A DNA stretch of 64,000 nt from Candidatus Omnitrophota bacterium (GTDB taxonomy: Bacteria > Omnitrophota > Gorgyraeia > Zapsychrales > Fredricksoniimonadaceae). The translations under genes were made by a program, and so were the position numbers. The notes under the pieces were generated by a model, which was given only the letters and a program-made list of their open reading frames with translations, had not been told where the DNA came from and searched no databases. Below, piece after piece: positions 19,101-28,900 of the stretch (within the stretch, counting starts at the first letter, position 1; every line of letters starts with the position of its first letter). The stretch covers positions 39,955 to 103,954 of the forward strand of contig JAGWOI010000003.1 of the NCBI GenBank assembly GCA_028870995.1, in the 5' to 3' direction.

Positions 19101-20721
19101 GTCGCAGGAGATCGCTTTTACCCGTCACACGACGCCGGGCGTCCAGCTGATTTCTCCGCCGCCGCATCATGACATTTATTCCATTGAGGATTTGGCGCAG
19201 CTGATCCATGATTTGAAGAACGCCAACCCAAAGGCCATGGTTTCAGTCAAGCTCGTTTCTGAAATCGGCGTAGGGACGGTGGCCGCCGGCGTTTCCAAGG
19301 GCAAATCCGATCATGTGCTCATCTCCGGTTACGAAGGCGGAACCGGCGCCTCACCGCAGACGTCCATCAAGCATGCCGGCCTGCCCATGGAATTGGGCAT
19401 TGCCGAGACCCAGCAGGTGCTGGTCATGAACGACCTGCGCGGCCGCATCCGCGTGCAGGCCGACGGGCAGTTGAAGACCGGCAGGGACGTGGCGATCGCC
19501 GCCATGCTCGGTGCAGATGAATTTGGGTTCTCCACCACGGCGTTGGTCACGGTGGGCTGCATTTTACTGCGCAAGTGCCATTTGAACACTTGTTCGGTGG
19601 GCGTGGCCACCCAGGACCCGGAACTGCGCAAGAAATTCGACGGGAAGCCGGAGTATGTGGTCAATTTCTTTACCTTTATCGCCGAGGAAGTGCGCCAGAT
19701 CATGGCGGAACTGGGCTTTAGGAAATTTGAGGACATGGTCGGCCGCGTAGATATGCTGGATACCAAGGAGACGGTCGACCACTGGAAGGCCAAGGGTGTC
19801 GACCTGACCAATATTTTGCACCGGCCTGACGTGCCCAAGGGAGTGGCCATCCGCCATTGCGCCACCCAGGATCACGGCCTGGAGAAAGCCCTGGACAATG
19901 AATTGATCGCCAAGGCGCAGCCGGCCATCGAACAACTTAAAGCCGTAACCATTGAAAGCAAGATCCGCAATATCAACCGCACGGTGGGCACCATGCTTTC
20001 CAGCCAGGTGGCCCGCCGTTACGGGTTCGACGGCCTGCCCAATGATACGATTCAAATCCACTTCAAGGGATCGGCAGGGCAGAGCTTCGGCGCTTTTTTG
20101 GCTCACGGCATCAGCCTCACCCTGGAAGGCGAGGCCAATGATTATGTGGGCAAGGGGCTTTCCGGCGGGCGCATCGTCATTTATCCCCCGCGCGGATGCA
20201 AATATGTTCCTGAAGAGAATATGATCGCCGGCAATGTGGTGTTGTACGGTGCCATTAAAGGTGAAGCGTTCTTCAGGGGGCTGGCCGGCGAACGTTTTGC
20301 AGTGCGCAACTCGGGCGCCCTGACGGTCGTCGAAGGCGTGGGCGACCACGGCTGCGAGTATATGACCGGCGGCCGGGTGGTGGTTATAGGGCCTACGGGC
20401 CGCAATTTCGCCGCGGGCATGTCCGGCGGGATCGCCTATGTCTGGGACCGTGACAAGCTTTTCCACAAAAATTGCAATCTCGGCATGGTCGATCTTTTTC
20501 CCGTGACGGAGGAGAATGACGTCAGCTTGTTGAAAGAGATGATAGAAAAGCATTTCAAGTATACCCAGTCCACCGTGGCCCGGGGCATTTTGGATGACTG
20601 GAAAACGGCACTGGGCCAATTCGTCAAGGTTTATCCGAGGGATTACCGCCGGGTCTTGGAAGAGGCTATAAGCCTCAAGAATGGGGTCCAACCGGACATA
20701 AAGGCAGGAGCAAGCAGGTAA
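16183..20721 (+). CDS. gltB: Glutamate synthase large subunit
   Basis: 1512 aa; EHDS|CGVGF Ntn nucleophile, HSRYSTNT, QGAKPGEGGQLPG, PPPHHDIYSIEDL, [3Fe-4S] cysteines, GXGXG domain. Confidence 0.98.
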   Translation: MGFPPKQGLYDPQFEHDSCGVGFIAHIKGHKSHDIIRSGIQILENLTHRGACGCDPETGDGAGILMQMPDAFFRKELVSLHLELPPPGDYAAGLVFLPTSLDDCNVIEEWTEHIIHEEGQKLIGWRQVPHEPNKVGRVARSVMPAFKQLFIARGPKTPREDFDRKLYVIRKRLWNKVYHSTLPQKNYYYFCSLNSHTLVYKGQLMSEQVDRFFPDLSDPAMVSAIALVHSRYSTNTFPSWALAHPYRYIAHNGEINTLRGNINWIQTREKQFVSKAFGSDLAKVLPIVVPHGSDTATFDNVLEMLVLCGRSLPHAMMMMIPEAWSNHQEMDRAKRAFYEYHSCLMEPWDGPAAMAFSDGRYVGALLDRNGLRPSRYVVTSDDIVIMASEAGVLPVPDDKIVSKGRLQPGKMFLVDIAEGRIIDDREVKETYAKQKPYEKWLRENIVDIRNLPAPKKVQGLEEATLLERQRAFGYTIEDLKIILQPMAKGEEAIGSMGNDTPLAVLSDRPKLLFEYFKQLFAQVTNPPIDAIREEIIMAEDMMLGPESNLLEEGPQHCHRLWIQHPVVTNEELEKIRHIDHSTLKTLTLSTLFDKKAGAAGLKKSFETLCAEADRAIKKGYSILVLSDRGISAKDAPIPSLLACAGLHHHLIRRGTRTKVSLVVETGEARELHHFAVLIGYGANAVNPYLALETIEAMTRDSKYELGISFKDAQKNFQKACHKGLYKIISKMGISTIQSYCGAQIFEAVGLSQELIEKYFTATPSRIGGIDIDIVAKEALMRHEKGYPQWPSLDHMLEEGGEYAWRKEAEYHQLNPTTIALLQHATRSGNFQVFKQYSKAVNEHSRLAANIRGLLKFKPGKPVPIEEVEPASEIVKRFATGAMSYGSISKEAHETLAIAMNRLGGFSNTGEGGEDAVRFKKDPNGDWRRSRIKQVAQGRFGVTIEYLVNADQLQIKMAQGAKPGEGGQLPGHKVSQEIAFTRHTTPGVQLISPPPHHDIYSIEDLAQLIHDLKNANPKAMVSVKLVSEIGVGTVAAGVSKGKSDHVLISGYEGGTGASPQTSIKHAGLPMELGIAETQQVLVMNDLRGRIRVQADGQLKTGRDVAIAAMLGADEFGFSTTALVTVGCILLRKCHLNTCSVGVATQDPELRKKFDGKPEYVVNFFTFIAEEVRQIMAELGFRKFEDMVGRVDMLDTKETVDHWKAKGVDLTNILHRPDVPKGVAIRHCATQDHGLEKALDNELIAKAQPAIEQLKAVTIESKIRNINRTVGTMLSSQVARRYGFDGLPNDTIQIHFKGSAGQSFGAFLAHGISLTLEGEANDYVGKGLSGGRIVIYPPRGCKYVPEENMIAGNVVLYGAIKGEAFFRGLAGERFAVRNSGALTVVEGVGDHGCEYMTGGRVVVIGPTGRNFAAGMSGGIAYVWDRDKLFHKNCNLGMVDLFPVTEENDVSLLKEMIEKHFKYTQSTVARGILDDWKTALGQFVKVYPRDYRRVLEEAISLKNGVQPDIKAGASR

Positions 20722-20723
20722 AC

Positions 20724-22211
20724 ATGGGCGACATCAAAGGTTTCATGAAATACGACCGACAGGATTACAAGAAGGACGAGGTGTCCCGCCGGATCAAAAG
20801 CCATAAGGAATTCACGCATCTTCCATCGGACAAGGATCTGAAGAACCAGGGTGCCCGCTGCATGGATTGCGGCGTGCCCTTCTGCCAATCCGGGTGCCCG
20901 ATCGGCAATATTATTCCTGACTGGAATGATTTGGTCTACCGCGACCACTGGCAGGAGGCCATGGAGCGGCTGGCCAAGACCAATAATTTTCCTGAATTTA
21001 CCGGACGCGTTTGTCCGGCCCCTTGCGAGAATGCCTGTGTCCTTGGTATCAACGAACCAGCGGTGACGATCAAAAATATCGAGCTGGCCATCGTTGAGCA
21101 CGCCTACACGAGCGGCTGGCTCAAACCCCAGAAACCCGCCCACCGCACGGGGATGAAGGTGGCGGTCATCGGTTCAGGCCCCGCGGGCCTGGCCTGCGCG
21201 GATGAGCTTAATAAAAATGGACATAAGGTCACGGTCTATGAAAAAAATGAAGTCCTTGGCGGACTTTTAGCCTTAGGCATACCGGATTTCAAATTGGAAA
21301 AGCAGGTGATCACCCGCCGCCTTGACCGCATGCGCGCAGAGGGTGTTGTTTTTAAGACCAATGCCCATGTCGGCGTCGATGTCAGCGTCCAGGAATTGCG
21401 GGACAAATATGATGCCCTTGTGCTGTGCGGCGGGGCCGAGGCCGGCCGTGAACTGCCGGTGCCTGGACGTGAATTGAAAGGCGTTTATCAGGCCATGTAT
21501 TATCTGCCCCAACAGAATTTGTTGAACGACAAACTGGCGACCGATCATTTTAAGGCCAGGTCCAGGGAACATATCCTGCAGGTGGCGCCGCCTTCCGGAG
21601 AAGATATCAGCGCTAAAGGCAAACGCGTGATCGTCCTGGGCGGGGGAGATACGGGATCGGATTGCGTGGGAACGTCCATCCGTCAAGGCGCCCTCAGTGT
21701 TCAGCAGCTGGAATTGCTGCCACAACCTCCGGTCAAACGCGCGGCCGAAAATCCCTGGCCGAACTGGGCGTTTGTTTTACGCACCTCCAGTTCACATGAA
21801 GAAGGGTGTACACGCGATTACAATATCCTGACCAAGCGTTTGAGCGGAGAGAACGGCCAACTGAAGAAATTGCATGCGGTGCGCCTTAATTGGAGCAAAG
21901 ACCCTGCCACAGGGCAGATGAAAATGGCTGAGATCCCCGGAACGGAATTCGAAATGGATTGCGATCTGTTGCTGTTGGCATTAGGCTTCACAGGTCCGGT
22001 TAAAAAGGGTATGATTGAGCAGTTGGGTGTGGCCCTGGATGCCCGCGGCAACGTGGCGGCCGGTGCCGACAAAATGACTTCGGTGCCGGGGGTATTCACC
22101 GCCGGGGACATGACCCGCGGCCAGTCCTTGGTCGTATGGGCCATCCATGAAGGCCGTGCTGCGGCCCAAGGGGTGCACCGGTATTTGAGCCAATTAAGCG
22201 TCAAAAAATAG
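20724..22211 (+). CDS. gltD: Glutamate synthase small subunit
   Basis: RCMDCGVPFC...CP, GRVCPAPCE, GSGPAG, GGGDTGSDC, GQSLVVWAI. Confidence 0.97.
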   Translation: MGDIKGFMKYDRQDYKKDEVSRRIKSHKEFTHLPSDKDLKNQGARCMDCGVPFCQSGCPIGNIIPDWNDLVYRDHWQEAMERLAKTNNFPEFTGRVCPAPCENACVLGINEPAVTIKNIELAIVEHAYTSGWLKPQKPAHRTGMKVAVIGSGPAGLACADELNKNGHKVTVYEKNEVLGGLLALGIPDFKLEKQVITRRLDRMRAEGVVFKTNAHVGVDVSVQELRDKYDALVLCGGAEAGRELPVPGRELKGVYQAMYYLPQQNLLNDKLATDHFKARSREHILQVAPPSGEDISAKGKRVIVLGGGDTGSDCVGTSIRQGALSVQQLELLPQPPVKRAAENPWPNWAFVLRTSSSHEEGCTRDYNILTKRLSGENGQLKKLHAVRLNWSKDPATGQMKMAEIPGTEFEMDCDLLLLALGFTGPVKKGMIEQLGVALDARGNVAAGADKMTSVPGVFTAGDMTRGQSLVVWAIHEGRAAAQGVHRYLSQLSVKK

Positions 22212-22236
22212 ATACAAAATTAAAGAAAGGGATTTT

Positions 22237-22776
22237 ATGAAAAAACCCGTACTTCTCCTGATCATTTTACTGGCCCTGGCCGGTTGCCAAAAACCGCAAG
22301 AGCAGCAGCCCTCTCTGGACCAGCGCAAAGACATCGGTCATAAATTGATCGTCAAAAGCTTGCAGGATCTGCAAAACAAGGACCTTAAGGGCTCCATTGT
22401 TGATCTGGAAACCTCCATTAAGGTCAATCCTTCGGAGCCGGAGGCGTATTTGCTGTTGGGCCAGATCCTTTTGAAGGTGCAGCAATACGACCAGGCCGCA
22501 CAATTTTTGGACATGACTGCCAAGGCCTTTCCGGATAATGGGACCGTTTTTTATATGCTCAGCATCGCCAATAAAATGGCAGGCAAGAAATTGCCCGCCG
22601 TACTGGCGGCCCGCCGCAGCGTTGAGATCTTCCAGGCCCAACAGGACAGGGACAATATGCTTAAAAGCGCGGCATTGCTGCATGACCTGATCGGTATGCC
22701 GGAAAACCCGGCAGCAGCGGCTTCAGCAAAAACCGTTCCTGCATCCGAAAAATCCGGCACAGGAACCAAGGACTGA
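22237..22776 (+). CDS. TPR-containing lipoprotein
   Basis: Lipobox LAG|C; TPRs (EAYLLLGQILLKVQQYDQAAQFL). Confidence 0.8.
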   Translation: MKKPVLLLIILLALAGCQKPQEQQPSLDQRKDIGHKLIVKSLQDLQNKDLKGSIVDLETSIKVNPSEPEAYLLLGQILLKVQQYDQAAQFLDMTAKAFPDNGTVFYMLSIANKMAGKKLPAVLAARRSVEIFQAQQDRDNMLKSAALLHDLIGMPENPAAAASAKTVPASEKSGTGTKD

Positions 22777-22965
22777 TAAGCGCGCATAATTTTTATAGAA
22801 TTTTTATAAAAAGCCCTTTCTGCAATTTTCATTCCGTCGGTGTTTTATTCGGAAAACGCTTTCCCATTTTCCTCATTCCCCCCTTATTTTCCTTAACTTA
22901 TATTACATACTTTAATTAAGTGGATTTACGGCAGGCCCCTTATTTAAGAAGAAAGATGACTTGGG

Positions 22966-25900
22966 ATGATAAAGGCCAATAAAACGCCCCTTGTTTGGTT
23001 GGTAATCTTGGCATTCTCGGTCAATACCTTGATCACCGGACCGGTCTTTGCCGACGTTCCTTTTTTACCTGCCCCGGGCAGGCTGGTTCCCTTAACACCT
23101 TCGTTTTCCCCACCGATCATTCTTGGCCTGAAGGTATTCAAAAACAACCCGTTCAAGTTTGAGTTTGTCATGTCCGAGGGGGACCGGGCGCCCGGCCCTG
23201 ACTCGGTGGCCCGCAGGGCCTTTCTTAAAGCTGAGGGCGACAAGCTGGTCAAATATTTTCTGGCCTCCCTGACCATTCCGCAGAAAGACATGTGGGTCAA
23301 CCTCTCACCCTATGAGCATGACCGCATCATTGCACCTGAGTTCGGTATCACCGAAATGGGCAAACAAATGCTGGCTCAGGATTATCTGCTCAAGCAGGTC
23401 ACCGCGTCCGTCATGTACCCCAACGGGGCCGTAGGCCGGGAATTTTGGGGCAAGATTTACCGGGAAGCCTATAAACGCTTTGGCACCACCAATATTCCGG
23501 TCAGCACTTTTAATAAGGTGTGGATTTTGCCGGATAAGGCCGAGGTTTACGAGAACCAGGTTGATAACACGGCAGTGATCATCAAGAGCAGTTTAAAGGT
23601 AATGCTGGAGGAGGATTATCTGGCCCTGCGCAAATCGTCCCTGCCCGGGGAAGTCCATAAAGATTCCAGCGCCGACCGGCAGCTGTCCAATGAACTTATC
23701 CGCCAGATCATCCTGCCTTTGATCGAGAAGGAAGTCAATACGGGGAAGAATTTTGCCGGCTTGCGGCAGGTCTATAATTCCCTGATCCTGGCTTTTTGGT
23801 ATAAGAACAAATTAAAAGAGAGTTTGATCAGTAAAGGATATGTCAACCGCAAGAAAATACACGGGGTGGAGGTCAAGGACAAGAACATTGATGAGGAAAT
23901 TTACCGGCAATATTTGAAATCCTATAAAAAGGGGGTTTACAATTTCATCAAGGAAGAAGTCGACCCTTCCACCCAGGAGACCATTCCGCGTAAATATTTC
24001 TCCGGCGGTATCGTCTGGGACAATCTCGGCCGCCAAATGAGCACGGTCTTTGGCAGGGATTCCGCCCAGGCGGCGTCCCTGATCTTGAAATCAGCCAAGA
24101 CCTTTGAGCTGACCGTCGGCTTGGAAGAAATCCAGCATGCTTCGAGTGGCAATCCGCTTTATTTGGACCTGAACAGCATCACCAGCTCCAAGCCCCTCTT
24201 TTCGGCCCAAGATATTACAAGGCTTAATGAGGCCATTACCGATACTCGGAATTTTTTGGAGCCGGAGCCGGTGGAAGATGCCGCCATGCTGGGCACAACC
24301 ACCCGACGCTGGGCTGCCGCGCTGGTCGGGCTCGCCCTGCTGGCTGGGGCCAATACGGTTTACGCCAAAGGGGCATACGACCCCATGCCGCAACAACCGG
24401 CTGCAACAAACGGGCTTTCAGCAACCTCTGCTCCTTCTACAGCTCCTTCAACGGCGGCCGACTTAAATCATTTATTGAGCAATACGGTTACGAATGCGGT
24501 GAATCCGTTACAAATGCCTGGACCTCAGGCGCTGACGAATACCACGGCAAACGCAAACCCGACCAACCAGATGAGTGCGAATGACCGAGATAAATTCGCC
24601 TTAGACCTTCGAAACGACCAAAACTGGACAAAGCTGCAGGATACGCTTTTATCACCGGATGCACCGTATTTTGTTATTGTAAATACATCTAAGACCAACA
24701 CGTACAGCATCATCCGTTCCTTTGATAAATGGCTGGGTGACGGTTCTGGCCATGACCCCCAATCCTATATCGATTTTGTCTATGGCAGCGGCTCGTCACC
24801 TGATAATCAACCGAATGTTACTTTTAAGATCCGCGTACCCCCACCGGCCAGTCAGGGTAAGGTCGATATTTCAACCATCGATTCCTGGACACAAATCGTC
24901 AATCCGGATCAGATCAAGCAAATCCAGTTGGACCGAAAGACGATCTATGTACAGGTCTTTTGGAAGGACAAGGATGGCCATGCCCAAAGCGGAGTCGTTT
25001 ATGCCGGCCCCAAGGCGGCGCTGACCGTCCAACATATGATGAATGATGCTCAGCTGGACAATGATTTGACACAAAAAATTTTAAAGATCACCAGCATCCC
25101 TGATTATGAAGAGCAGATCAATACCATCCTGAAAACCAGCGGGCTCCCCGAGGCAGGGACTAATGATGTTTCGAAGGAGGGGGGAATCATCGTCGGAGCC
25201 TATGTCCAAAGAGACCAATTTGGTTCCATTACTAGTGTTACCGGTTGGATACATGCCAGGGACATCGATACTCAAATCGTCAAAGGAACCGACGATAAAC
25301 CACACTTGGTCCTTTATAACAACGGCAAGGATCCGCAGATCCTCAAATACTGGCCCTATGGGCAGGACATTGATGTTTTCAGTGTACTGACGCCGGCAGA
25401 ATTAAATATGCTGCACGACCCCCAAACGGCCGATCTGGCTTTGAATAAGTATTTATACAATCTCGGCGGCAGTCCTTTGGAAAGAGGCGGTATTGTTTTC
25501 GGGAAGAATAAGTATATCAAGAAAATGATGGAAGTTGAGGCACAAAAGGCCATTGCCGAACATGACAAGCAGGCCACCAAGGAATATCTGCATTATTTGA
25601 AGGTCAGCGAAAAGGCCGATTTGTTATTTTCCGCGGCCAGCGGGGGACTCTCCGCCGTTGGGATCAATGCACCTGTGAATGCCGTAGGGGACATCTTAGT
25701 TGATATGAAATACCAGCCGGAGAAAATAGGCCAATATGTCCCAACCGCAGAAGAATTGCAGCAGTTATTCAATGAATATAATGCACAACAACCGAAGGAA
25801 GATCAGGTTGTACTGAAAAACGGCAGATTTGAAACCGTCAAAGGCTTTTATACCCAACGGGATATTGAATTACTCGATGGCTGGCTGGTCAAAAGAAATA

Positions 25901-28900
25901 AGGAGAAGACGGCTGCCTTCATTCTCCAACAGGTTTCCAGGATGGCGGTCATTGCCAGCTATTATACGCCTACGAAGACGAAATCCAGCGGTGCCTACCG
26001 ATTTCAAGTGCCTGAAAATGATGCCCTCTATCATTTCTTGGCGCAGGATGTCGGCTCCTTCCTGGGTGAGTTTAATGTGGCGGGACTTTATAATACGGTG
26101 AGCAGTCATGGGTTGCAGTACGTTTCGCTGGGGAATCTTCTTAACAAAGGTTCCTTCTTAAACAAACTTACAAGCGTTCTCGGCGTGACCATTAACGGCC
26201 AGTCCCTGATCAATGAAATCACCGGACGCAAGGTATTCGAGCTGGCTCCCTCAAAAACAAGGATTAATTTTTACGTGCTGGGTTTTCCTATTTCTCATTT
26301 TTTTGAAGAGGATTTGGTGGCCAATATCGATAAGATCCTCAATGACAGAGACTCCTATGCCTTTATCGTCAAAGACGGCCATTTCAGAAGCGTTGCGGTG
26401 GCTTTCACCAAGGATCAATTCCAGGCTTTATATAAGTCCGCCGTGCCCATTGGGAAGATCAGCAATATTTCTCCGGTTGATGGCCGTCCCATGTCCGTGC
26501 CGGTTTATGAAGTTGAGACGATCAGCCCCAGCGGTGAGCATATTCATCAGACCATGGTTTTTACGTTAAAGGCGCTTGAGCAGGCCGGGTTGGATGTCCG
26601 CCGGGATTTGGAGCGGTATGATAATTTTACCAAAATGCTGAATGAAGGCGGCGCCGTCTTCCATTACGGTTCCGACGGCGGGACCCTGTCCCAAAACATC
26701 TATACGGGATTATTCAAATCTTTCAGCCAACAAGGCATGGATGATTTTCCCAGCGCCTATACCTTTGACCAGGCAGGCGCAGATCGTTTCTTTATTGAAA
26801 TGGGGAATTTTCAGTCGGCTAAATGGAATTTGGATTTCTTTTTTGATGTCATGAAGGCGCAGCTGAAGTTGAGCGGCCAATTTCAGGGCTTAAGCAAATC
26901 ATATAATGCTTATAATGGGGCTGATGCTTCCGACCAGCCGGATATCGGGGGAACGTCCATGATGGCCCAAACCATCATGGCTTATGAAAAGTCAACCGGG
27001 GATAAGAAATACCATCTACTGCTGACAGAGTCCATCAAATGGCTCCTGAAAGTCCAGAAAGAAAATGGCGGCAAAGCCTTGCCTGACACCCCCGGCGGGC
27101 ATCTTTTTAATCCTGAACCCAATGCCATTGCTTTCGCGGCCTTGCATAATTTTGGGACTATTTATAACGACAAGGACGCTTTGCTTGCCGCCGATCAGAT
27201 CCGGCAATGGGCGGCTGGTTTGTGGGACAAAGAAAATTTTCTTATCAAATCTCCCAACGGCAATTATCCGGCGGACAACAACACGCGTTGGTTGCAGGCC
27301 CTGGGGCCTAAGGCCTTCATGGAGACCTTCCTTGATAATGATCCGGTGAAGCTGGGCAAATTCTTGCGGGCCATGGAGAAGACCTTCGGCGTTACCGTCA
27401 TCAACTATCATACCGGGCAAACGGTTCACCTGCTTGACCTGGCTGACCAGCAAAAGGCCGACGGACGCCTGACCAACGATCAGCATACACCCAATCACAG
27501 GATAGGATTCCCGGAAGTCACCGCTGAGTTTCTTCAAGGGCTCATTGACTCCCGGCCCTATTTAACGCGTGAGGATGCCGCCTTTGCGGATCAGTTGATC
27601 GCCAAGTACAGCGGGCAATTACAAGCCATGACAGACAGGAACGGGAATCTGCCTCAAGCGACCGATAAAGGCAAAGACAGCGGCTACAACGGCTTGACCA
27701 TTCTGGGCAATCACAGCCTAGCTTCCGGTGTGCAGTATCAATTCATGGTTTTGGGGCTTGATCCTCTTCATTTGGACGGTCCCCGGGGCAACGCCCTTGG
27801 GCTGAAACCTGACAAGATCGAGATCCCGCCGGTCCTGAGTTTTAACACTTTAAATCAGGGAGCCGTCATCAAGCCCGGGGAAACGAATTATTTACAAATG
27901 AGCCGGTATTTTAATCAGCTTATCATTGATGAGCATGCGCATCACAACCGCAATCTTATTTATCATGATCCTATTAACAATTTGCACTTTGTTTATATCA
28001 ATACCGCAGACCATATAGTTGATGCCAGGTTGATCCCCTCACCCAAAGAAATCCAGAAGCAGGTGGTTTTGGCCGGTGAAGATGCACAGATGACCGCTTT
28101 GAAGAGTCAGGCCCTTAACGGGCAGGGGGCTTTCCCGCATGGCGGTGTCATCTTCCAGACACCAGACGGGAAACGTTTAGGAATGCTTAGAGGCGTGGAA
28201 GGCCAGAGTGATGCTGTCGAGGATGTGCTTAGCGCCGTTGGCCAGCTCCCCGTTCAGGAGCAATCTTTCATCAATTACAAAGGTTTCAGTAATTTTATGC
28301 TTCATAATTACAAGGTTGACGGGGTCCATCAGGATGTTATGGTAACGGTTGTTTTTCCGCTTCATAAATCCATTGTACATGATGTGAAGGATGATCATAA
28401 CGTGATAACGACCAGTATTTATGAAGGCGGCCGTTTGCGTTTTATCATCAATGACAACACCACAACCGTAATGAATTATGACGACGCCACAGGAGTTGAG
28501 AGCACCACCACAAGTTATCATAATTTTGCCGGCGGCAGGGAGGCCATGGTTAAGATGTTGTCAGACTCCTCAAAGCCGCTGGCAGAGCGGCAAGCTCTAT
28601 TTAACGGCCAGCATCCCTCGAATAAAACCACGACGGTTTGGGCCGGTTACATCGATCCCACCCTGTCCATGGACCGGGTAGATCCTAACGAGGTTTGGAT
28701 CATCAAGCGATCGACCAACCTCGATACGGGACATGTGACGACCCAGGGCTATGGCTTGTTTACCCGTCCTGTCTGGGAAGCGGACCAGTTTACGGTGACG
28801 GAAAATCATTTTGACCAGTCCGGCAGCTTTACCCATGCCGAACAGTTTCAAAATACAGGCACATTGCAAACCCCTCAAAAAGGCCAAGAGCTTTTTGAGA

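Noticed and set aside
17095-20691. Long minus-strand ORFs (483, 217 and 375 aa) opposite gltB, and similar ones opposite GS, carB, pyrG and the ANTAR gene
   Set aside because: Antisense shadows of GC-biased coding sequence with no recognisable motifs; the plus-strand genes are unambiguous.
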